In this document: piece by piece, positions 36,175-47,596 of the stretch | Layout: each line of letters begins with the position of its first letter | Position numbering within the stretch: the stretch's first letter is position 1 | From: Tubulanus polymorphus | Taxonomy: Eukaryota > Animalia > Nemertea | Direction: 5' to 3' | Assembly (NCBI RefSeq): GCF_964204645.1 | Contig: NC_134025.1 | Location: forward strand, 18,451,101-18,515,100 | DNA: 64,000 bases | The notes under the pieces: generated by a model | The model's database searches: none | Seen by the model: only the letters and a program-made list of their open reading frames with translations | Told to the model about the DNA's origin: nothing | Translations under genes and position numbers: made by a program

Positions 36175-36930
36175 ATTTTAATCCATCAATAATACTCTTG
36201 GTTTATTTTCAATGGTTTTATCATTTGACTTATTTTCTGGTATAATAGGTTTATAATCATCATTATCATTATCATCAGATTTATACTTAGATTTATATAT
36301 TACACCAGAGAATATAATTACTGTGATTAATCCAATTGTAATATATAAGTAATTATTTCTCTCAGTATTAGAAGAATTAGATTGATTATCATTCGAATTA
36401 ATATCAGATAAAGTCTGTGACTCATTTATATCAGTTAATTTCTATTTCTTAGCTCTTTTCAATTCTGCAGATCTTTTACCCAATTCCCTTGCCCATTTAA
36501 TTTGTTTTTCGGATCTAGGTTTCCTTCTTAATATCATCACTCATTAAATTTAGTTAATTTTTGTTCTGATTCGATATCTTCTGATTTACTTTTAAATTTA
36601 CATACTATAGATTTCTACTATTAACAGTAACATTTTACTATTCCATCACTTATAGAGTCATTTATTCGAGCTAATCTAGCTTCTTCGTATATTTTGAAAT
36701 ATTTCATTACTTTATCTGGTTTCATGTTATCTAATTCTTGATAAGTTATAATTTTGCCAATAAACTCATTACATTTAACACTAGCAATTAGTAACTCAAG
36801 ATGGTGCTTACATGTCAAATAGTATTCATAATCAATATTATTTTGAGCACAATTAGAAACAACTGTATCTTTAAATCCTCAATTGTCTTTTCAATATCAG
36901 TATTATTCTTATTAGATTTCTTTGACATTT
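36175..36930 (-). pseudogene. Polinton ORF X and ORF Y paralogues of element A
   Basis: YFKIYEEARLARINDSISDG and RSEKQIKWARELGKRS; partly deleted. Confidence 0.75.
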
Positions 36931-37084
36931 ATATTAGAGAAAAGTGAGAAAAAATATCATATTTTAATACTAGCTAGTTAAGTTTCTATTCGAATCTATT
37001 TGTGATATAAAGTATTCCCTTTTTGAAAAAAAATAATAGATTTTGAATTTTTTTTCAATTCCAATTTTTCCAATTCCATATCAA

Positions 37085-37691
37085 TTTCTGATTGTGTTCA
37101 TCATTCATGTTAAATTTAGAAATCGGCAACACATGATCTATTTGAAAATATTCACCATAATTATCTATATTCATTTCATCATTAAACTGATATATAATCC
37201 CTGATTTTAAGAATTCATCTGAACAACCCAAAAAATTTGTTAGTGTAACTGAGTGTTTATCTTTATGAATAATTGTGTTAATCTAGAACTTAAACATTTC
37301 TCATTTTGTAATTAAAATATGTTTTATACCTTTCATTTTGATAATTACTTTTATTCTCTCTATTATTTTCCAACCATTTTCTCATATATTCTTTTACATA
37401 ATCTCGGTGATTTTCTCTCCATTTTTTATTCATTTCTTTGCATTTTTCTAGATTATTTTCTCTCCATTGTTTATCTTTTTATTTACATTTTTCTGGATTA
37501 TTTGCTCGATATTGTTTACTATATAATTTATTACAAGGTTTGCAATTACATTGCCTACCATCTTTAGATTTTTTATGTTTATTAAATTCTGTAAATGACC
37601 TATTCAATTCACACTTATAACATTTCTTATGGTATATATTTACAACACCATTATTATTGTTTATATTGATAGTTTTTGATTGTTCCTCCAT
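37085..37691 (-). pseudogene. HNH endonuclease of element A, 3'-truncated
   Basis: KKCYKC..SKDGRQCNCKPC...YGEYFQIDHVLPISKF. Confidence 0.8.
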
Positions 37692-37724
37692 TTATAATAC
37701 ATATTTTTATTAAAATTGATTAAC

Positions 37725-38133
37725 TAGAATATCTTTTTTACTGAATGATTGATTACATGTATCACATTTGTATGTTTTTTTTTATTCTTCAATTCCTCTA
37801 ATTTATTTTCTAATATATCATCTTTATATTCTAAGTTTAATCTATTTTCTAAGTGAGATTTAGTTTTATTATGTCTTGCTTTTTGAGATTTATCTATATT
37901 GACTTTACACGTTGGACAGTAGTACTTCTTATTTGCTTCCATTTTAATATCAAATATTTTATTAAAATTGATTTTAGAAGTTATTCATTTATATATATAT
38001 ATGAATATTTTAATAGGAATAAGTTGTTTCGTATCAAAGGTTGAACAGTCGAAAAATAAATTCGAGAATTTGTGCGAGAATTTATTTTTCGACCGTTCGA
38101 CCTTTGGTATGAAACAACTTATTCCTATTTACT
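37725..38133 (-). repeat. Right TIR of Polinton A, including terminal hairpin (38012-38133) and a copy of the first ~70 pPolB codons
   Basis: Reverse complement of 6542-6950; MEANKKYYCPTCK ORF at 37942. Confidence 0.93.
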
Positions 38134-38316
38134 GACACTTAAGCCGCTATTTTTCTGTTCAATATGCAAGAAAGTGTGTGTCGAAATATGAGAAATGGCT
38201 GGGGATGAAGATGAATCCATCCAATGTACAAATTGCAAGTTATGGTTCCACACAAGTTCTTTTCATGTCAAGCAATCTGTTATTTCTTGGAACTGTGTGA
38301 TATCTGTAGAAAATAA
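38134..38316 (+). pseudogene. C-terminal PHD finger of the ISL2EU exonuclease
   Basis: TLKPLFFCSICKKVC...ESIQCTNCKLWFHTS...WNC; in frame with RPAM before 6541. Confidence 0.8.
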
Positions 38317-38409
38317 CTATATTACTGTTAGATTATGTACAAGTTTATAATTCTTTTATTTATCAATTAATCAAACATAAAACAAATGAATAATTATTTA
38401 ACAGCGAAT

Positions 38410-39030
38410 TTGAAAAGTCAAAGTTTTTGTTTTCGAACTGCAATCACAGAGAGGCGGAAGAAGATTGCACAATGCCGAACAATCAATAATGATATCATCC
38501 ATCAATGGTAATACTTGGTTGAATGGTTGAAGTAAGCATACGATAGTTTTTGATCCTGCCGATACATTTTCCTACGTAGATGTTCGCGATTCGCGATGTA
38601 GATGTCACGTCATCTGATGTCAGCTGTGATCCAGACTGGAGACTTGGTGGTATCGATAATGTAGCTCTGGCTAACATGAGTTCTTCTTGAATTTTAAAAC
38701 CACGATCTGCCATTATCTGGTCGTTTATCTCGAGCATATCTAGGAAGCCACAATCTTTAACCATAGATTTGTGACTCGCGCGACCTCCATAACAAGAAGA
38801 AATATAGCTTATCAATCCCGTTGGAGACATAGCTACCAAGAACTTAACCGTACAGTGGTTTTTTTAGTCACTATACAACTACGCCTGTATATTCAATTGA
38901 TTGGATATCGAAAATTGTCTATATCGTGGGTGGGTTGGACCGCAAAACGTTGGTCTTTTAATAAATTAGACTAGGTATTTATGACTAGACTATGTATTTC
39001 GGAATGGCCTTAAGCCATTCTTTTCGCATT
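38410..39030 (-). pseudogene. ISL2EU/Harbinger DDE transposase catalytic region
   Basis: TVKFLVAMSPTGLISYIS.CYGGRAS..IMADRGF..IPP..IAN..IGRIKNYRML. Confidence 0.9.
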
Positions 39031-41150
39031 GTTTCATTTTAGGTGTACGTATTCCGGGACGGGGCTGAGTGTTCTGCTGCGATGTTTCGGTATCTTCTCG
39101 GCTCAATTTCTTTCTGACGGATTTTTGGTAGTTCTGTCAGATTCCAATTTTACGACCTGGCCACGCCACATCGCGGCGATGTTAGCGATTTTTCGGCACC
39201 TGTCCAGGCCATTCTTTTATTCTCCACCTGCCTATTAGTGTGTGTTCACCTTTTTATAGTCGGTACCCAACTTCTTTGATTTTGGGCCGTTTTGGTTCCG
39301 TCTCGTCGCCGGGGAATTCTCCAACCCTGCTCGTGTTTACGTTTGTTTAACGACGCCGCTCGCTGCCGCCGCCTCACTTCCGTGTGAGCGTTTTCGCGGT
39401 GGTGCGGTGTACTCCAGTTTATTTTGTAGTAAATATCTCCGTATCGGTCTTATAGTCGTCATTTTTCGCGTTTATCTTAAAATATTATACAACTTAATTC
39501 TATTTCTCGCGTCTGAAGTCTTTATTTAGGGTTTTATCACTCGTCACGGTAGAATTGTAGATTGCTCTACTTCGTCCGCGGAGCGTATCACTGCTCGTCA
39601 CGCTTGACCAATCGCCGCGAGCGTTGACCGCCTAAAAACTATAAATTTTGCGCAATCGCGCTCCTTGGCAACTTGGCTCTGGCGGAGCTCTTTCTTGCTG
39701 CTTCTTCACTGTTTTACGTAGTCGGACGCTGTAAATCGTACAAATCATGTAAGAAGACAATTTTACTTTCTAATTAAGACACGGGTTTCCGGGTCGTCTG
39801 ACCCCCGGGATCGCTGCGTGGTTTTTGACATCCTTCCCTCAGTGAAACCCGGGTGCCGACGCGCCCGGGGGCCGTGTCGTCAGTTTGCCATAGGCAGCCG
39901 ATAAACTCGTTACTTAAAATCCTGTAAATATTGTAAATTCTCCATAAATTTGTCGTCAGTCTAAACTCGATCCTTTGACGATGCCATCTTAACGCTCTCG
40001 TCACTGTAATAGTAAAAGGATGGTATATCTTCTGTGCCATCTTCGTAATCTTACTCCGAGATGTCATTTCAGCTGACCATGGCAATCGCCTGTAGGCCTA
40101 TGCAGTGTTACTCCTCTTTCAAATACGCGGTCGTTTCATTTCCTTCGTAACGTCGCCTCTGAATCTCGACTCTACTTTGCGCGACATTTTAAATTTGGCG
40201 CGCAATCGTTGATTAACTATTTGACGCTCCGTCGTAAATTTATTAACCGTTGATTAGCTACAACGCTCGTTTACTTAGACCTTGTCGTAGATACACACCG
40301 GAGTCCGCCGCGCCCCCGCTTCTATTTGACGTTCGGTCGTCTCTTTAATATGCAACCGAACAAGTGTCTATACCGATGAATATGTCGCGGATTTGCAAGC
40401 CAAAAGGGGACATCTTTATATGTCGAAATGTATAGTAACAAGTTATTTTGCGTGCTGACGTGATGTCATCTCGGCATCGAGAACGATAAATTTTATAATG
40501 CTAAATAAATATATATTTGATCAATCGTACATACATTCCAATCAAACTTCGAAGCTTGCGTTTATTTGATTTGCTGGCGCATGGAAGGAAGGATGAAGAT
40601 TTCTGTTGTTTTCGTGCTGCATCTAACCCATTTAGTTTTACATAAGGATCATTCCCCTATTAACCGTCGCTACTGACAACACGTATTCATACGACTAGTT
40701 TGACAGATCTGGCATGAGTCGCAATTAGATCCTGAGATGACGGGGGACAGCTATGTGCGAGAGGGCACTTGGAATGGGGGTAGCCATATCCGCCGACTAA
40801 TCAACACTGCGAGTTTCGTCCGAGGAAAGCCCTAAAGCGGATTACTCCGAGAAGAGCGGGTTGGGGGGTCTGTATTGGCCACACAGATTAAGGCTACGTG
40901 GAGTAGGGAGGCGACTGTTTGGAGGAGAGCGTACTGCATAAGCGCCCTTTTTAGCGACATTTTTCTTTAGAGGAACGAATTTTACATATTTTGAACACTT
41001 TACTTTCCTGGGGAAGACAAGAGTCTCCTTGCCGTATTCACTATCCGAGTGCGGTCGACCCGTGTAGCAAGCGCCTCGGCACGGCAGAGTGAATACGACT
41101 ACGCTACCTATGGACAACTTCAGTCACTACCTGAATTATTATTTATACGT

Positions 41151-41438
41151 TTACACTACAACCGCTACACTTGGCAGATTACCACCTTCTTTCAATATAA
41201 GTGTTGGAATATCTGGTTCAGTGTCGTCGAAATAAATTGAGCAAACGTGATCGTTCGATTTCAGAACGAAATCACGATCACCAATACGAATCGCAGTTAT
41301 CCATTTTTCTCTTGATGCAGCATTACAGGGGAACGAATGGTTTTTCAATTGATTTACATGAGTAGCCTTGTACAAATGATCCGGCTGGTTTCGTTTATTT
41401 TGGCAGCTTTTCACAGAACATTTATCGCTCTTCCCCAT
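41151..41438 (-). pseudogene. THAP zinc finger, probable N-terminus of the ISL2EU transposase
   Basis: CSVKSC.N...HSFP...KW..AI...HVCSIYF...PT. Confidence 0.75.
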
Positions 41439-44377
41439 TATTTTCGAAAACAAGTGCACTTATTTCCATAGTTAGGTTAGATTTTAATAGCTAACAAAGT
41501 AGGGACCAGTGAAATTTTGAAATTTCCTTACGCAAAGTTGCGCGTGAGACTTGAGAAATTGTATCGTCCAAGTTTGACTCGCAATTACTTAAAAACTAAT
41601 AAAGATAAGTGAAAACGGTAAAAATCTCATAAGACCACATATAGATGTCTATTGATCCTGAAAACTTCAAGAACCTTAAGATTTGTAAGAATTACGAACT
41701 TTTGAATGAAGTGACCAATAATTCAAGTCGAATTATCGGGAAGACGATATCAATGTTTATAACTTCGCCAGCGCGCATTGTTGCATTAAATTTATGACTG
41801 AGTAATATCATAAAAAAAGTTAATTATCAGCTGAGTTCATCGATATTTTAACTAATTAAACGGAGGAAAAAAGGGACAAAAAATTCAACAATGTGGACCC
41901 GGCGGGTACCCCAAAAAATGGCGTCTGTAAAAAGGCTGATGTTCTAGCCTCAGTCATGAAACGACTTTTTCCCGTTTGATCACGCTGATTTTCGTTTTAT
42001 CACGCTTTTTTTTTCGTTTTATTGGACGTATCCTTGACACAAACGTGCAAAATTTTCATAAATCATTATAAAAGTTGCGGTATAATTAGGATTATTTATC
42101 CGTATTAATTGATATTTCTGCAGTTGATCTTGTCGGAGTGCGTTCCTGCCATACCTGGCTCTGAGAAAACGCTTGAGTCCACGATTACGACATTTATCGC
42201 CTTCGGTTAGAAGTAAGTGGACGTATAGTTAATATCACCAACGACGATTAGAGCAATGGTTATACATGTAAAAAAGTTAAAAAACGAATATTCTTTTCGT
42301 AACACATTTTCGGCTACTTCACATACGTGTGACCCTGGTAGTTGCCCGGACGTTTGTAACGGCGCTCGCCCACATGTTAGGTTCGAGTCCTCACTATTTC
42401 CGAGAAATAAGTGAACGTATTGCTTTATTTTTTGGCCTAATGATGATTTTTCAATGGACTAAAAGGCTTACCCCATTAGGTTATTTTCATTGATGTAGTC
42501 AAAATAATATTTTAATTTTTTCAGTCATATTCACGTCTAGAATAACACAAAATCTAGACGTCACAATCTAGTCAAAATTACACTACGTCATATACATCTA
42601 CCCGCAACCTCTGAATTTCGATGTCATTTGGACTTTATAAATTGGTCCATGTGTTTACTGAGCGAGCGCTCGAAATGATCTTATAAAGTACGGTGTACTA
42701 CGCTATCCTTATTGATCGTAGAATAGTGCAAATAAAATCATTGTCGATGTCGCAGTCATCGTTACAAAATTATAAAGAATGCGATAGAGAACACAAAATC
42801 CTTAAATCTCACTTCATTATCTATTTGAATGCAAAACGAAGGTCAATAATACAGTGCATCTTGTAGAAAGTATATAGTCAAAATTGCCCTAAACTTAATA
42901 CGGGTCATTTCTTTTACCTGAAACCTTGCACGTCGATGGGAAAGTGTTTAAGAAATAGTAAACCATGAAAAATAAATTAAACGTGTAGGTTAAAAAAGAA
43001 GGATGATGAGTGATTAATATCTTAGATAACGGATAAGTATAGTAGTAATTTTTATTTCCATATTTGTTTTTGAAAAGATCCTCTATAAATTATTGGAAGG
43101 AATTTTCACGAAATCACGTAGGGGGAAATCGCAGAATTTCAAGAAAAGTTAATTTGAATAGATGAGACCATAGAAATATATAAGCGCTTATATTTATGTG
43201 ATGAGTCAGGAGAGATGAAAGATGTCAGGCGATATCCGGGGACGTATAAAATAGGATCTGAGATTGCGATGAGAACGAAAGGGCTACGTTTATCAGTATT
43301 TCATTCTAACACCACATCCGATTTTCTAAAAACTTTGAAAAACGAGTTCGGCCTTGTTACAGGTGTTCTGTCGCCGTGAATAGCATATTCAAAAAATGAA
43401 AAGTTGCCTACGGTCACACTATCAGTATTTTCTAATAAATAAAAAAATCGAGATTCCACCTTGTTCTGTATCAATTAAATTCAAGGATTTATTCCATCGA
43501 CAAGTCTCCATTTCAAGTTCCATCGAAAATCTATTCGACTGACACGAAAATGAAAAACCGTAATGACTAACTGAAGGTATAAATGTTATTATAAAGAAAC
43601 AAATGTACTTACGAACATTAATCAATTTGAAATACAGAAATGAGATAAAAGTGTGGAATCAGGTCCCGAATCGTGAAGTCACCTGTTTTAAACATCCATG
43701 ACATGGCATATGTGACCTATGAACAAAAAGTCCATGAACGAACATATACTGTACATTATTGATTAACCTACTTGACTAATGTGCAGGAAGTCCTAAATAT
43801 AATCAATCAATCGAACATATTATAAATCGATCATCGTTAGCAATGAAAAATATCTCTGTCAATCAATATTTCATAACGCCGTGATAAATTTCCCAGCGGT
43901 AGATATGTTTTAATATATGTGCATCGAGCAACTCGGAGGAAAATATCGTTATTCATGTGGTTTCACGAGAAAATAAACGTTGATATCGAAAAATCCACAA
44001 TAAGCCCTTTTAATGTTTGATTTTATAGATTATGAGCGTTGTTTGGTTCACTTGAATATAATATTTAGGTCCTGAATTTTCAGCATTGGATATGGAGTGT
44101 CGACATAATTATAATGCGCCACATTTCTGATATATTTCTAGATACCATGGTAACCTTCGTGCGGTGATAGTCAATTTCTCGTATCGCGTATCTACACAAT
44201 TTAAACACAGTGATCGTGACACGCCCTCGCTGCACGCCCAAGTACGACAATCTCGTTATTAATACATGTATGTCTACACAGGTGACACCAAGCATTATAC
44301 ATTGCGTAAATGAATATACATATACATGCCTTAACCGAACATCAGGCAGGATGATTACTGGATGCAGATGCAACCTC

Positions 44378-45379
44378 TCATGATTTGCTGGACGAAAATA
44401 GCGAGATGTTATCAAGTACACTGGGTGACGAAAGACCTTGGTTGATTTGGCGTAATCGAGTCATACAGTTTAGCCAGTGTTGAAAATGCATCTTTTGGTT
44501 TTCAGTAAACCAATTACTGGCGTTCGATGTGGCTATCAGCATATTTACATCATTCTCGTGCTGATCATTGCCACGATTGTAATTCTCATAACAGCGCTTA
44601 ACTGCGTGAAATATGCGGGTCCGGTCGACGTAAGATGGTCGCCGTTCCAGGAACTTCGCAATGAACACTGAAAGTTTTTTTATGCTGTTCGGCTGGAAAC
44701 CATACTGATAATCGGGATCAAAATCAGAGAATTGTTGTTCGAACAACTGATTTCGTTTATCCTGAAGCTCGTCCTTTGTGTTCTTTAATTCTCTTTCCAA
44801 ATGCTGATTCTTAGACTCTGCTAATTCTAGATCTTTCTTCAATCGCTTCATTTGAAGCTCCAAAGAGGCAACGCGGCACGTTAATTCGGCGTGGTCGAAC
44901 GATGAACAGCATCCGATACCAAATCGGTTTTTTGAATGGTCATCTGTCACAGTATCTTGTAAAGCTGAGCAGCCTATTTGATGACCAGCCAATTCAAACC
45001 TTAACACTTTGACTCCACACCCGTTGCATTTGACGGGGGTATAACCACAGGTTTCGAGGTGGGTAGTCAAACGGTCGAGTTTTACAACCAAGGAACAACC
45101 ATGCTCCTGATTTTCACAGATTATATTCATGCCGTTGATCAAATTCCTGATAGCGATAACCGGTTTTGATTCACTCGACCGAATAAACGCCCGGCACTCC
45201 GGGCAAGTACCTCCAGACTCAACGCCGTTATCGGATCTGGTCAGCCAGGTCTCTAAGCAGAGCAAACAGAACGAATGGCCACACGGCGTTAAAACCGCCT
45301 CCTCTAAAGCCGCGCTGCAAATAGGGCAAATGAGGTTCTGGTCAACATGCGAAATGAATCGATGCACGCTGTAACCCAT
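44378..45379 (-). CDS. RING (C3HC4) + TRAF/SIAH-type zinc finger + coiled-coil E3 ubiquitin ligase (RNF41/RNF151/PDZRN3-like N-terminus), 333 aa, single coding exon
   Basis: MGYSVHRF..VDQNLICPIC...PCGHSFC..C...TCPEC; ICEN..GC...HLETC...C..C...H..C; intact frame. Confidence 0.9.
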   Translation of the reverse strand: MGYSVHRFISHVDQNLICPICSAALEEAVLTPCGHSFCLLCLETWLTRSDNGVESGGTCPECRAFIRSSESKPVIAIRNLINGMNIICENQEHGCSLVVKLDRLTTHLETCGYTPVKCNGCGVKVLRFELAGHQIGCSALQDTVTDDHSKNRFGIGCCSSFDHAELTCRVASLELQMKRLKKDLELAESKNQHLERELKNTKDELQDKRNQLFEQQFSDFDPDYQYGFQPNSIKKLSVFIAKFLERRPSYVDRTRIFHAVKRCYENYNRGNDQHENDVNMLIATSNASNWFTENQKMHFQHWLNCMTRLRQINQGLSSPSVLDNISLFSSSKS

Positions 45380-47455
45380 CCTGATAGTGATTGAGCTGAA
45401 AACGAAATTATTCAAATCGATGAATACTTGAAGTGATATCGAAACATCCACTTGACGTTCAAATTCCGTATATTAAAAAAGTCATTAATTCACTCGTTCA
45501 AATGTATGAGTACAAATCGATTTCATCGGCAGTCACGAATGTTCGTCAGTTATTCACAATTTTGGTGTTTATTGGCCGCGTAGCTAAGTAATGATCCACG
45601 ATAAATATCATCTGCGATCAATGCAAGACTCGATTCCGATCGGATTTTCATTACGCCTAACGGAATGAATACTAAGCCGCAGCCTTTATGTTGTCACCAC
45701 GCTGGAACATGCGTTCGGCACAGTACACTCCCTCCAAGGTAATTCCCGTGTAACAATGCTTCCACAAGATAATTCCACGTAGGTAATCAACTATGTCTGC
45801 GCACGCGCACGCGCGGTCGTCAACGATAGTACTATTTAATCATTAAACTGTAATCCCGGTTCCAGAATATTAGACGGGCAGTTAGTTGTTCATGTTGCGT
45901 TGAGAGCGGCACCATTTTTATCGATCTGAGCCAAATACACGTACAATTGAGAAATGTCTACACGTACAGATTTCAATAGTGCAGTGAATTGATCGCAAAT
46001 TGGAAATTGAATATATTTACGTACATCAAATACGTTCATATCCGCGTCTATCCTCCATGTCATCATTTCAATTAAATATTGAACACAGTCTCAAATGTTT
46101 TGTGACATTCTGGTTTATGTATTAAAAATGGAACTAATTTCCAGTCAAATAACCAGTTACTTTGTTGAGATATGTTCACAATATGCCGTAAATCAGTTCA
46201 TTAATACTGAATTAATACTAAAAGTTATCACACAGAGTAATCATTGATTGAACAGTGTATCATTAAAATTATAATATTTAACATGATATTAACTGTAGAC
46301 CTTAGATTTAGATCTAAGAACTGTATTGTTTTCGCTTATTATCGTTTTTCCGTGGATCTAAAGATTGACTCCTAGTTCTCTATACTATACGAGACAAACT
46401 GCGAATCTTTGTTACCGTTTGGCGCGGTCTGTGCGCTACGCATGAACAAGTTTTTGGTACCAAATAAAAGATACTGGTTGTGTGGATATTTTCATATTTT
46501 TGCTGATACGATGAATTTCAGGTAGAGTTTTGGACCAGTTTGGACGCTCTGAATGACGTCACTGCGCGCGCTGATCAAAATAAACAGTTACCCTCTGTGA
46601 ACATCCACTCCTTTTATGTGCTTGCCAGAAGATGCGGGTGACCTGAATTTGATTCCTCTACCAAGGGTTACAGCATTTATTGGTTAGATTCCATAATTTA
46701 TTCCATCTTTGAGCAAACATTGATTACTCCAAGATTTTTCTTGGCGATTTTATGCACATAGCTATCTGTTTGAAATATCCAAAGCGGCCTATTTTGTCAG
46801 TTGAAACACATACGGGGCGTGTGATAAACCCCAAAAACATATCATCACTGCTTCAATGCAGTAGTTTGAAGGGAATCTTTTCTTCTCACTGGTACTACAT
46901 ATCTTATGCTATAGTTTTGCTACTAGTGTGCCCTCGATCGGGCACGGGACATCTCCAGTTCAAGTGAAGGGCCGGTGCTTGAACACCCGTGAAAGGAGTA
47001 TCCGCGAGTAAAGAGTATCCAAGCTCCGAAGATATCCAGTGCTGTACTGAAATGTTTTTCCAATAATTTCTTTGATTTAACAGAAAAAAACATAAAATGT
47101 GAATTCAACCGACCATCCAAATCAAGTAAAGTTCTTTGCTCTAATTATTTAGGGTTAATAAGGGTTCTTTGCTCTAGTTATTTAGGGTTAATAAGGTACC
47201 GTAGCGCAAATTCGAAAATTGTGAACTCCGAGTTGTTCATAATCAATACAAGAATATTGGTTAATTTGTTTGTACAATTTAACTTGGGTGGATTTTTACG
47301 AGGGTGAGTTTTATCGAGGGGGGTATTTACCGGGGGATTTTTACCTGAAGGGAATTTTACCTAGTTTAAATTTTGCCTACATTCCAGAAAACAAGAGGAC
47401 CATAAGGTCCATATGGTCGAAGACAGTGCATGAGGAAATATGAGTTTTATTAGTG

Positions 47456-47596
47456 AAAACAAATTCACGTTTGCCGGATTTTCATTTAACCGTTATGGAC
47501 ATCCCCCCAGACAAAAGTGGCACACGCACGCACGCACACACACACACATTTGGGGGGGTTGGTTAAATGAAAACCCTGCAAACGTGAATTTGTTTT
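47456..47596. repeat. Short inverted repeat (~36-bp arms) around a CA microsatellite
   Basis: aaaacaaattcacgtttgc..ttttcatttaacc / ggttaaatgaaaa..gcaaacgtgaatttgtttt. Confidence 0.8.

Larger units (their letters stand above)
6542..38133 (+). mobile_element. Polinton/Maverick endogenous virus (element A), decayed, with nested insertions
   Basis: AGT...ACT ends; ~410-bp TIRs whose outer 63 bp are identical; TSD GACACT at 6536-6541 and 38134-38139; pPolB, penton, MCP and integrase genes. Confidence 0.95.
4350..41564. mobile_element. ISL2EU/Harbinger-related DNA transposon (SWIM-YqaJ-PHD gene on +, THAP-DDE transposase on -), split by Polinton A; outer limits approximate
   Basis: Convergent exonuclease and DDE_Tnp_4-type genes are typical of ISL2EU. 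The reading frame rejoins across the Polinton TSD. Confidence 0.75.

Noticed and set aside
40805-40855. Hammerhead ribozyme on the minus strand (..CGGACGAAAC)
   Set aside because: The required CUGANGA core is absent (CGGAGTA) and flanking stems are not evident.
42330-42400. tRNA or tRNA-derived SINE (GGTTCGAGTCC)
   Set aside because: No acceptor stem or clear A-box; at most a decayed SINE head.
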